Shown: one piece after another, positions 1-6,642 of the stretch
How the letters are laid out: each line of letters begins with the position of its first letter
Numbering within the stretch: the stretch's first letter is position 1
Virus record (IMG/VR): IMGVR_UViG_3300045988_089998
Coordinates: 1-36,832 of that record
DNA: 36,832 nt
Direction: 5' to 3' (one strand)
Source: a virus
Program-made: the position numbers and the translations under genes
The notes under the pieces: model-generated
The model's input: only the letters and a program-made list of their open reading frames with translations
Databases searched by the model: none
Told to the model about the DNA's origin: nothing

Positions 1-55
1 CTCTCCGCCTCCGCTCAATTTCACCGCCTCGTCATGCGCTTCTCTCAGATCTTTC
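1..55. repeat. 55-nt terminal direct repeat, identical to 36778..36832 (circular-contig overlap)
   Basis: Read directly: nt 1-55 (ctctccgcctccgctcaatttcacc...cagatctttc) recur exactly as the last 55 nt. A minus-strand ORF reads through the junction in frame. Confidence 0.95.
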
Positions 56-1635
56 GGCTTATATACGGACTCCATCCGCGTGTCCATCTTCAGCCTGTTC
101 GCCATGCAGATATAGTCCTCCCAGGTCTGTATCAGTTCCTTCGGCTCGCGCCCGCATATCCTGCTCTGCCTTCTGAGGTAGTTGTATATCCTTCTTTCCG
201 ACATCCTTTCCCGCATTTCGGCAATATCCTTCGGAACGATCCCGCATTCCTCAAAATACCGGATCATCTCGTCTGGATATATGGTGTCCATCTCCTTCTC
301 ATGCTGCAGCCAGCGCAGGAACCTCATTCCCCCTCCGCTATCTCTAAGTCGCTTCATTCTTGCCCTATCGATTTTCAGCGCCTTGGCCATGTCCTTGATC
401 TCCCTGCATTTTTCAAGTTCGCTTTCATGGCTCTTAATGCTATCGATAACCAGCCTCCCTAGTCCGGCCTTTGCAAACTGCTCATATTGCGGATATCTTC
501 TCAGTTTCTCCATGTACCCTTCCGGATCCACCCTCCCAACGCTTCTGACTATTTCCGGAAGCCCGGTTCTTTTCAGTTCCCCTCTGGCCAGCGATGGCAG
601 CGTCCTTCTATATACCTCTCCTTCGTATGATTCGTAATATGTATAATCGTAATATCCTCTCCTCTGCAGCCTCGGCTCTTCTCGGGTTCCTATCCACCTG
701 TAATAGTCATTCCTATACAGCCCATAGTAATACACTTTCCGATGTAATCCCCTGCTATATATTACCCTTCGGATCTCGCTGTGCCTCAAATGCGGGCTTT
801 CATACTTTCCCTTCTCGTAATTCCTTCCGCATAAAAACTCTCTGACCGCAAAGCCCTCCTCGCACTTTTGGATAAGGTAAGCATGCTCGTCCTCCGTGCG
901 GAATCCCCCTGCCTTTCCGCGCGCCTTGTACTGCACCTTCCTTCCACAGCAGCGGCATGTCCCATACTGGTTATGCCTTGGCTTTGAGATCGGGACATCC
1001 TTCTCGCACCAGCTGCAGTACCCTTTCTCCGCTCCTTTTCTCGAATACGAATAGAAGATGTAGTTCTGCGTCACCGCATGCTTGTCTACCCAACGCTCCC
1101 AGTCCTTCGGAAGGGCCGGTATCTGATCCATGTCAAGATCCCATGGCTCCGTCTCCCTTTTGTGCTTCTGCCTCAGCTCTTCCTTTCTTACTGACTGCTG
1201 CCATTCCAGGATTCCTTTATACCCTCCATGCTCAGTATTAAGGTATCTCTTTATATTCCTGTTTCCCTCTGGATTTATGTATCTCCCCGAATTCCATGCA
1301 TATTCCGGCCAGTCGAGCATGTCCACCTTTGCGGTCCTCCACTTCTCAAGGCACACATCCCATGTTGCAAATTCCCCTGTCTCTCCATTGATATACAGTT
1401 CGTAAGCCGGCCTGTTGCTTCCCATCCGCATTGGCTCCGTCAGGAAAAACGCTACCTTAAGAATCCCCTGCAGCACCTGGCACCTCATATAGATTCCATA
1501 TCGATATTCGTACAGGTCTTTCCTCCTCCACTGATTCTTCCGAGCCTTGAGCACTGGCACGTCCATTCCCGCTCTCCTCATCATGGCCGGCGTCGCATAC
1601 AGCCTCCTAAGCCTTCTCAGTTCCTCTTTTCTCAT
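1..1635 (-). CDS. PcfJ-like protein, N-terminal ~545 codons. The ORF runs off the left edge and continues in frame at 36777..36223 (~729 aa on the circle).
   Basis: Hand translation of the minus strand from ATG 1635..1633 (MRKEELRRLRRLYATPAMM...) stays open to nt 1. It joins ...KDLREAHDEAVKLSGGGE of ORF 36223..36801. There is an ATGA overlap with the stop of the upstream ORF (1632). It is absent from the ORF track only because it has no in-window stop. Confidence 0.85.
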   Translation of the reverse strand, partial: MRKEELRRLRRLYATPAMMRRAGMDVPVLKARKNQWRRKDLYEYRYGIYMRCQVLQGILKVAFFLTEPMRMGSNRPAYELYINGETGEFATWDVCLEKWRTAKVDMLDWPEYAWNSGRYINPEGNRNIKRYLNTEHGGYKGILEWQQSVRKEELRQKHKRETEPWDLDMDQIPALPKDWERWVDKHAVTQNYIFYSYSRKGAEKGYCSWCEKDVPISKPRHNQYGTCRCCGRKVQYKARGKAGGFRTEDEHAYLIQKCEEGFAVREFLCGRNYEKGKYESPHLRHSEIRRVIYSRGLHRKVYYYGLYRNDYYRWIGTREEPRLQRRGYYDYTYYESYEGEVYRRTLPSLARGELKRTGLPEIVRSVGRVDPEGYMEKLRRYPQYEQFAKAGLGRLVIDSIKSHESELEKCREIKDMAKALKIDRARMKRLRDSGGGMRFLRWLQHEKEMDTIYPDEMIRYFEECGIVPKDIAEMRERMSERRIYNYLRRQSRICGREPKELIQTWEDYICMANRLKMDTRMESVYKPKDLREAHDEAVKLSGGGE

Positions 1636-2195
1636 TCTTCTTCCTGCACCTTCCTTCCATGTATGTCATACCATCTCCCCGGCTCAATCCCCTGCTCTCC
1701 AACCTTGTAGATCGCTAGTTCCTCGATCTCGCATGAGTCCTCCGCTTCCTGCGCCATTCCCAGAACATCCCCCAAGGCTCCGCTTGCGATCGGCCTCTTT
1801 CCTCGCACGATCGCGAATCCATCCTCGGCTTTTCCACTTCCGTCCTTCACGCGCTCATTCATCCTCAGCCTCGGATGCTCGTATAGGTATTTCAATGCGT
1901 GCATGACGATTTCTTCCATGGCAAGCCTCTTCACAAGCCTTATCCTCGTGCATGATATCTTGGTATCGGTCCCGTCCTCATTGATATCCCCGTCAGCCAG
2001 CACGATATATACATCCGCATTCCGCACATCCCTGTAATAGTTCAGGCAGTCCAGCGGATTGCCCGCGCAGTGGAATCCATTCCTCCTGCAGTTTGCCTCG
2101 CCTTCCTCGAACCACTCCCCCTCCCGGTACTGGAAGGTTCCCTTCCCCATCGTGCAGGTCAGGTCCTTGTTGAACGCCTTGTATGCCATTATCAT
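1632..2195 (-). CDS. Conserved hypothetical protein (phage/ICE family with N-terminal AYKAFNKDLTC...GFHC..NPLDCLNYY motif)
   Basis: 187-aa ORF translationally coupled to both neighbours by overlapping start and stop. The N-terminal motif resembles a widespread family of unknown function. Confidence 0.6.
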   Translation of the reverse strand: MIMAYKAFNKDLTCTMGKGTFQYREGEWFEEGEANCRRNGFHCAGNPLDCLNYYRDVRNADVYIVLADGDINEDGTDTKISCTRIRLVKRLAMEEIVMHALKYLYEHPRLRMNERVKDGSGKAEDGFAIVRGKRPIASGALGDVLGMAQEAEDSCEIEELAIYKVGEQGIEPGRWYDIHGRKVQEEE

Positions 2196-2641
2196 TTCTT
2201 ATCGCCTTCTTCCAGATAATAATCCCTTGCCCAGTGAAATACCGTCAGATCAGGGCACTGCATGATTCCCTTCCTGACCAATTCCCCTGTACGCTTTTCT
2301 ATGTATCCTATGCATTCCGCAAGGCTTTTCGTGCGACGTCGCACACGCCGTGCGAACTGCTCCTCTATGCACAGGCTTTTCAGGTAGTCCGCAACCGCTT
2401 TTGCCGTCACGTACCTGTCCCTATGGCTTTTCGCCTCTACGTCCAGCTTCCCTATCGCCGCATTCATCCAGTCCACAAACTCTGGCGCCGTCCCTGATGC
2501 ATAGTTATCCACGAAGAATCCCGGCAGCCCGTTTTCTTCAGCCAGCCCCTTCAGGCGCTCCTTCTCTCCAGTCTCCAGAAGCGCTTTCGCGCATGCATTA
2601 ATCTCCTCGGCCGTATCAAAATTCCCATATATTTCGAACAT
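2192..2641 (-). CDS. PcfK-like protein (family also annotated as AcrIIA9-type Cas9 inhibitor)
   Basis: 149 aa. The C-terminal pattern ...KSLAECIGYIEKRTGELVRK...VFHWARDYYLEEG matches my recollection of PcfK-like proteins. It lies upstream of a PcfJ-like gene, as on pCF10-type elements. Confidence 0.5.
   Translation of the reverse strand: MFEIYGNFDTAEEINACAKALLETGEKERLKGLAEENGLPGFFVDNYASGTAPEFVDWMNAAIGKLDVEAKSHRDRYVTAKAVADYLKSLCIEEQFARRVRRRTKSLAECIGYIEKRTGELVRKGIMQCPDLTVFHWARDYYLEEGDKK
2331..2344. repeat. Perfect 14-bp palindrome GTGCGACGTCGCAC (copy 1, inside the PcfK-like ORF)
   Basis: Read directly. The 19-nt string tttcgtgcgacgtcgcaca (2327..2345) is identical to 13263..13281. Confidence 0.9.
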
Positions 2642-2659
2642 GTCTGCTCCTCCTTCTTT

Positions 2660-3385
2660 TTAAATCCTTCTATTTATCCGTATCATCGTATAATATCTAT
2701 ACCTATATCCCGTTACCGGGTTTTTCCCCTCATGGAACGTCTCCTTGTCTATGTAATACCCTTTCTTTTCCCTCGGCTCTTTCTTCCAGTACACGAGCCT
2801 GTCTTCTTTCGGCTCCGGCACCGGAAGATTTTGCGACGCATGATAGCGTGCCTCCTTGAGCCTCGGATCCGTGTCCGGGGTTTTGGTGATGTACGCCGCC
2901 AGTTCTGCAAACTCTCCCTTTTCATACAGCAGCTGGAAGTTCACTCCTCCATAATCCCATGCGTTCTTCAATATTAGGTCCGCATCCGGTATCCGGTTTA
3001 CGATAATATGGATATGCCATGCCCCTTTCGTTCCCACCTCTATATTCCTAAGATACCTGAGTTCAACTCCCTGTTTTCGGTATTCTCCCCTAATCTTCCG
3101 CAGGGTCTTTGCCAGTATCCTTATCGCTTCCTTCATATCTCCTGGCCTATCGTTCTTCCTCCATGTAAGGGTAGCCAGATAGTCATTCGGCTTAAACCAT
3201 TCCCTCAGTTTGTGCCTTGCCTTCCGCTCCTTATTCCATTGATTCCGCCTTTTGATCTGCTCCTTGGTCGGCTTTTTCTTTTCCTTCCTCGGCGATCCTC
3301 TCGCCCCATACCTTCCATCCAGATACTCATACACCTCTATGGCGTTTGGAAAGATATATGTCAGTCTCTTGTATCTCTTTTTCAT
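2660..3385 (-). CDS. rep: HUH-superfamily rolling-circle replication initiator (Rep)
   Basis: 241 aa carrying the three RCR motifs in order with plausible spacing: YLATLTW (motif I), AWHIHIIV (HUH, motif II) and ELAAYITKT (YxxK, motif III). There is a basic N-terminal region. Confidence 0.65.
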   Translation of the reverse strand: MKKRYKRLTYIFPNAIEVYEYLDGRYGARGSPRKEKKKPTKEQIKRRNQWNKERKARHKLREWFKPNDYLATLTWRKNDRPGDMKEAIRILAKTLRKIRGEYRKQGVELRYLRNIEVGTKGAWHIHIIVNRIPDADLILKNAWDYGGVNFQLLYEKGEFAELAAYITKTPDTDPRLKEARYHASQNLPVPEPKEDRLVYWKKEPREKKGYYIDKETFHEGKNPVTGYRYRYYTMIRINRRI

Positions 3386-3427
3386 CTGCTGCCATGTCCT
3401 TAAGTTAATATTCTTATCGAGTGATAA

Positions 3428-3450
3428 AAACGGGCGATAAGTCCCCGTTT
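3428..3450 (-). terminator. Terminator/attenuator-like hairpin in the rep leader (minus strand)
   Basis: The minus strand reads aaacggg-gacttatcg-cccgttt followed by ttat. This is a 7-bp stem with a short U tract, about 45 nt upstream of the rep ATG. Confidence 0.3.
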
Positions 3451-3453
3451 CTC

Positions 3454-3482
3454 TTGACTTCTCGCCCCACAGATGATATATT
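3454..3482 (+). promoter_or_regulatory. Sigma-70-type promoter firing rightward, antisense to the rep leader
   Basis: TTGACT (3454-3459), a 17-nt spacer, then TG-n-TATATT (extended -10, 3474-3482). Confidence 0.45.
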
Positions 3483-3488
3483 TGAATT

Positions 3489-3556
3489 GGTTATAAATAT
3501 CTGTGTGGCGACAAGTCACTTGGCACATCTATTTGCGGTAGGTGTGCTATTTTTTT
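3489..3556 (+). ncRNA. Candidate ~68-nt countertranscript (antisense RNA) to the rep leader
   Basis: It starts just downstream of the promoter above. It ends in an intrinsic terminator with stem gcacatc/ggtgtgc (3523-3529/3541-3547) followed by ta + T7 (3550-3556). No plus-strand ORF is present. Confidence 0.4.
3498..3549. repeat. ~50-nt hairpin-containing repeat, copy 1
   Basis: tatctgtgt, ~16 nt variable, then ggcacatctatttgcggta and RRtgtgcta. It is homologous to 4284..4333. Confidence 0.8.
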
Positions 3557-3779
3557 ATCCGCAATTCCTGATCCTGTATCTCAAAAGTTCCTCCCTGCTT
3601 ACTCCTACGTTCCCCCTCTCTGCATACTTCTTGCACCTGTTCCCTGGCCTGGTCCTGCACTGCCTTTCCCCGCAGTATCCCTGGTCAATTGCTTCCAGTT
3701 CTCCTCTGGCGCTTATGCAGTAATACTGCGTGTACCTGTTACATCCGATGCATCTGTTCCCGCTGATTTCGATTTTCAT
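3555..3779 (-). CDS. Small cysteine-rich protein (putative zinc-binding; resembles Cys-rich proteins of Firmicutes mobile elements)
   Basis: 74 aa with CxxC...C...C...C...C spacing (GNRCIGCNRYTQYYC...GYCGERQC). An RBS aaggagg lies upstream of the ATG at 3779. Confidence 0.55.
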   Translation of the reverse strand: MKIEISGNRCIGCNRYTQYYCISARGELEAIDQGYCGERQCRTRPGNRCKKYAERGNVGVSREELLRYRIRNCG

Positions 3780-3791
3780 ATGTGTTCCTCC

Positions 3792-3851
3792 TTATAGTGA
3801 GCATTTTGTTCACTCTTCTTTTGCTTTATTATAGTGTACAATATGTTCACT
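3792..3851. promoter_or_regulatory. Two copies of a 23-bp operator-like repeat in a divergent control region
   Basis: ttatagtgagcattttgttcact (3792-3814) and ttatagtgtacaatatgttcact (3829-3851). Each contains inverted half-sites AGTGnnC-N5-GTTCACT. They lie between divergent genes 3779(-) and 3880(+). Confidence 0.4.
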
Positions 3852-3879
3852 GTCAAGAATGAATATGGAGGGACTTATT

Positions 3880-4143
3880 ATGTTTGGTCAAAGATTAAAT
3901 TTTGTACGCAAGTCAAAGGGAATAACTGCCCAAAAAATGGCAGATGAATTACAGATTGCTCTTCGCTCGTATCGTATGTACGAAAGTGAAAATCGTTTCC
4001 CATCTCTTGAAATGCTAGTAAAAATTGCAGATATTTTAGACGTTTCTACGGATTATCTGCTCTGCCGTGATAAGTTTCTTCAATCTCACGGAGTTTTCTC
4101 TGATGGATCCCCAGACGATCTTCAAGCGAATCCCAAAGTGTAA
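3880..4143 (+). CDS. XRE-family helix-turn-helix transcriptional regulator
   Basis: MFGQRLNFVRKSKGITAQKMADEL...LVKIADILDVSTDYLL is a typical HTH_3 pattern. GGAGGG lies 7 nt upstream of ATG 3880; the track start at 3859 lacks an RBS. Confidence 0.8.
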   Translation: MFGQRLNFVRKSKGITAQKMADELQIALRSYRMYESENRFPSLEMLVKIADILDVSTDYLLCRDKFLQSHGVFSDGSPDDLQANPKV

Positions 4144-4270
4144 AGTCCCCCGTACGTTGTCCTGCTTCAATCTGTTTATAATACCTTTCGCTTATTTCTA
4201 AATAATCTGCCATCTGCTGTTGTGTCATGCCCGCTTCCTTGCGGGCCTTTTTTAATATCTCTCTTGCCAT
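4046..4270 (-). CDS. XRE-family helix-turn-helix regulator, convergent with and overlapping 3880..4143
   Basis: The HTH_3 pattern is ILKKARKEAGMTQQQMADYLEISERYYKQIEAGQR. RBS GAGGGA lies upstream. The 3' 98 nt overlap the plus-strand XRE gene. Confidence 0.75.
   Translation of the reverse strand: MAREILKKARKEAGMTQQQMADYLEISERYYKQIEAGQRTGDFTLWDSLEDRLGIHQRKLREIEETYHGRADNP
4229..4253 (+). terminator. Intrinsic terminator for the plus-strand XRE transcript
   Basis: gcccgc-ttcctt-gcgggc followed by c + T6. It is embedded antisense in the 5' coding part of the minus-strand XRE gene. Confidence 0.55.
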
Positions 4271-4283
4271 TTGCTTTCCCTCT

Positions 4284-4333
4284 TATCTGTGTTTTAACCG
4301 CCACCGGCACATCTATTTGCGGTAAATGTGCTA
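4284..4333. repeat. ~50-nt hairpin-containing repeat, copy 2
   Basis: The same blocks as copy 1, with 19 nt identical (ggcacatctatttgcggta). It lies in the leader of the minus-strand XRE gene. Confidence 0.8.
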
Positions 4334-4501
4334 CTCATTTTCATACCTGTACTGACCATACTGATCCATATAAAATATGGTTATGCTTCCATCTGCATTT
4401 TCCCTGCGGGAGATTTCCCTGAATGCCTCCCTCTTCCTCTCCGTATCGGAGATGCTTGTGGCATTCCGACTTAGCCAGTCCAGATCATATCCTCTATCCA
4501 T
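4331..4501 (-). CDS. Small hypothetical protein (56 aa, below the ORF-track cutoff)
   Basis: Hand translation gives MDRGYDLDWLSRNATSISDTERKREAFREISRRENADGSITIFYMDQYGQYRYENE*. A GA-rich RBS precedes it, and it fills an otherwise empty gap in the minus-strand operon. Confidence 0.5.
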   Translation of the reverse strand: MDRGYDLDWLSRNATSISDTERKREAFREISRRENADGSITIFYMDQYGQYRYENE

Positions 4502-4520
4502 TCCTATCCCTCTTCCCGCT

Positions 4521-4706
4521 TTACATTAATTTTCCAAGGAAATTCGTTGCGCATGCCAGAAGCGCCAGCATGGCTATTGCCTCCATGGCAATCCCTATCC
4601 TATACATCCAGGCATACATCCGGTCCGTCTCCCGCTCCAACTGTCTAATCTGGCGCCGGATCTGCCATGGAGTGTCCGCCTTAAGCCTTGCATGATAATC
4701 TTCCAT
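4521..4706 (-). CDS. Small protein with C-terminal hydrophobic (membrane-anchor-like) segment
   Basis: 61 aa, with a charged N-terminal helix followed by IGIAMEAIAMLALLACATNFLG. Confidence 0.5.
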   Translation of the reverse strand: MEDYHARLKADTPWQIRRQIRQLERETDRMYAWMYRIGIAMEAIAMLALLACATNFLGKLM

Positions 4707-4724
4707 ATTTACCTCCTTAACTTA

Positions 4725-4795
4725 TTGATAATCCTTCCAAATTCTTCTATACTTTATTTACAGGCTTCTATCCGAGCCAAATATACGAAAGGAGT
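4725..4795 (+). promoter_or_regulatory. Promoter plus leader, copy 1 of a duplicated element, driving 4802..5068
   Basis: TTGATA, 17 nt, then TATACT (4748-4753). The 18-nt block ttcttctatactttattt and the following hairpin-containing leader recur at 5690 onward. Confidence 0.5.
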
Positions 4796-4801
4796 GTTAT
4801 T

Positions 4802-5068
4802 ATGAATAGTGCAACAATACATTTCGCTGATCAGTCATCCATCGTTATAGAAGAAAATGATTTTCTAATTCCAGTTTCGCTTCATTCGGCAAGCGTCGAT
4901 GATCCATTTTCCTCTATTGGAAAACCGCTTGAAATTTACAATCATATTGAAGATGGCCTAATTCCTGCCATTACTACCGCATTATGTCAATGCAATTTCT
5001 TTTATGTGAATTCAAACGGTAATACAATCTACTCTTCATCTGCTGTTGTAAGGATTGTAAATAACTAA
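4802..5068 (+). CDS. Hypothetical protein (moron-like, opposite strand to the surrounding operon)
   Basis: 88-aa ORF with RBS aaaggag 7 nt upstream, its own promoter and a downstream hairpin (5077-5100). Confidence 0.6.
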   Translation: MNSATIHFADQSSIVIEENDFLIPVSLHSASVDDPFSSIGKPLEIYNHIEDGLIPAITTALCQCNFFYVNSNGNTIYSSSAVVRIVNN

Positions 5069-5087
5069 TTCGCCGGGGCAATTTGTT

Positions 5088-5273
5088 CTAGCGAATTGCC
5101 TCGCTTTCCCGCATTTTTCCTATCTTTTTCTTTATGTATTCTGCCAGGTCCGGCTCCGTCCATCTAATCTCCCGTACCAATTGTTCCACTTTCTTTTCGC
5201 TATACCCGCTTTCTTTTATACGGTTATATTCCGCTCGAATACATTTGTCTATTTCCATTGTCAATGCTACCAT
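5088..5273 (-). CDS. Small hypothetical protein
   Basis: 61-aa charged helical ORF sitting in register with the minus-strand operon. Confidence 0.45.
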   Translation of the reverse strand: MVALTMEIDKCIRAEYNRIKESGYSEKKVEQLVREIRWTEPDLAEYIKKKIGKMRESEAIR

Positions 5274-5289
5274 CCCATGTACCTCCTAC

Positions 5290-5607
5290 CTATACGACCT
5301 CTTCATTAAGTTCTACCACCTTCTGTTTAAAGCCGCAGAGTTCCATGATCTCGTCTGGCCCAAACTTCGGCACGTACTTTCTCGCATTACGATCAGCCAA
5401 TTGTTTCTCATACTTCCAGTAGTCTATGAATGCATATACGTTGATCGCTCCATCCAGAATCGTATATCGGTTATATCTTCCGGCCTCGATTTCTCTTTCG
5501 ATTCCACGAACCTTCTTATCCACGAAGGCCCTTGATACCTGGAACTCCTCCATTAGTTGCTTCTTGCGCATATATGGATATCCGTTTATCTGTTCCATAA
5601 TTAGCAT
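5290..5607 (-). CDS. Putative DNA-binding protein (excisionase-like HTH)
   Basis: GGAGGTGG RBS lies before ATG 5607. MRKKQLMEEFQVSRAFVDKKVRGIE resembles an Xis/MerR-type HTH. The functional assignment is weak. Confidence 0.45.
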   Translation of the reverse strand: MLIMEQINGYPYMRKKQLMEEFQVSRAFVDKKVRGIEREIEAGRYNRYTILDGAINVYAFIDYWKYEKQLADRNARKYVPKFGPDEIMELCGFKQKVVELNEEVV

Positions 5608-5672
5608 TTTCTCACCACCTCCTCCTCTTATCATTTACCTTTCTCATTAGCATTTCTTCCTTCTATTTTTGA

Positions 5673-5745
5673 TTGTTTTTTTCATCCATTTCTTCTATAC
5701 TTTATTTGTAGGCTCCTGCCAGAGCCAACTATAAAAGAAAGGGGA
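5673..5745 (+). promoter_or_regulatory. Promoter plus leader, copy 2 of the duplicated element, driving 5752..6153
   Basis: TTGTTT, 17 nt, then TATACT (5696-5701). The block ttcttctatactttattt is identical to 4742-4759, and the leader stem aggctcctgccagagcc parallels aggcttctatccgagcc. Confidence 0.5.
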
Positions 5746-5751
5746 TTCTAT

Positions 5752-6153
5752 ATGGTCCTAAATCATAATTGCATTAGAGATATACTGCTTGAAATTGAGC
5801 AATTTTCCTCCTTTAACGATACTTATGAATATAACCCTAACCACCTTCCCGTAGGCTCGCATTTATCTCATTATGATTCCGATACAGTTCTTTATCATAT
5901 TCGGCAATGCGACCTCGCTGGATATTTATTTAATACCAATTGGAAGGTGTATGATTACGTAGCAATTGAGGATTTAAATCCAATTGGCCACGAACTTGTA
6001 GCAAATATCAAGACAGAGGAAAAGTGGAATCTTACCAAAAAATTGCTTTCCAAACTCGGTGGAGCCGGTTTAAAAATGATGTCAGCCACTGCTGAAGGCG
6101 TTGCAACGGCGTTTTTGAATAAATATATGGCCTCCATAATTCAAAACCTTTGA
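5752..6153 (+). CDS. DUF2513-like winged-helix protein (moron-like)
   Basis: 133 aa. The N-terminus NCIRDILLEIEQ resembles the DUF2513 signature. It has its own promoter and lies on the opposite strand to its neighbours. Confidence 0.55.
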   Translation: MVLNHNCIRDILLEIEQFSSFNDTYEYNPNHLPVGSHLSHYDSDTVLYHIRQCDLAGYLFNTNWKVYDYVAIEDLNPIGHELVANIKTEEKWNLTKKLLSKLGGAGLKMMSATAEGVATAFLNKYMASIIQNL

Positions 6154-6403
6154 TATTTCTCCTTGCGAGTTCAATCATAATTGGTTTTATGTAGTCGTAC
6201 TTCACAACTGGGCAGACAGCGCGAAAAAGATTTTTTAACCGATAACTTATGTTGTCTGCCTTCTTATATCTCTCCATCTCATCAAACATAAACGGTTTTT
6301 CTCCCATCCGTTCATCCCACACAAAGTATTTTGCTCTTTTTTCAATATCCAAGAGTTCATCATCTGTAAATTTTGACAAATCAACTTTTTTCATTACCTT
6401 CAC
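6032..6403 (-). CDS. Hypothetical early protein
   Basis: 123-aa ORF with AGGAGG 4 nt upstream of GTG 6403. Its last ~40 codons overlap the convergent gene 5752..6153. Confidence 0.5.
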   Translation of the reverse strand: MKVMKKVDLSKFTDDELLDIEKRAKYFVWDERMGEKPFMFDEMERYKKADNISYRLKNLFRAVCPVVKYDYIKPIMIELARRNIKGFELWRPYIYSKTPLQRLQQWLTSFLNRLHRVWKAIFW

Positions 6404-6411
6404 GCCACCTC

Positions 6412-6642
6412 CTATCCTGCTTTTTCCTCTGGCATCTTTGGGGACAGAAATTTATCGACACCTACGTCCAAAGCCCAACATATCCTTTCGTATTCGTCGA
6501 ATGTTAATCTTCTCTTCCCATTCAATGACAAGTTTAGTTTCGGCAAGTCTATTTCTGCTTTCCCTGCTAAATATACTTGTGAAATTCCCTGTTCCTTCAA
6601 ATAATCCTTAATCTTTTCTTCAACCAATCTTTTCACCTCCAA
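6412..6642 (-). CDS. Cro-like XRE-family HTH regulator
   Basis: The HTH_3 pattern is IKDYLKEQGISQVYLAGKAEIDLPKLNLSLNGKRRLT. It is divergent from the CI-like repressor. The true start may be TTG 6627, which is preceded by GGAGGTGA. Confidence 0.75.
   Translation of the reverse strand: MEVKRLVEEKIKDYLKEQGISQVYLAGKAEIDLPKLNLSLNGKRRLTFDEYERICWALDVGVDKFLSPKMPEEKAG

Noticed and set aside
1-55. The 55-nt terminal repeat as a biological direct terminal repeat or att site
   Set aside because: The length equals a common assembler k-mer and it lies in the middle of a continuous ORF. An assembly overlap of a circular molecule is the simpler explanation; this needs read-level confirmation.
34-1906. Chain of overlapping plus-strand ORFs (34..462, 182..637, 1228..1710, 1547..1906 and others)
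   Set aside because: The region is fully explained by the minus-strand PcfJ-like ORF, which the track omits because it runs off the window edge. The plus-strand products are Ser/Leu/Pro-rich antisense artefacts.
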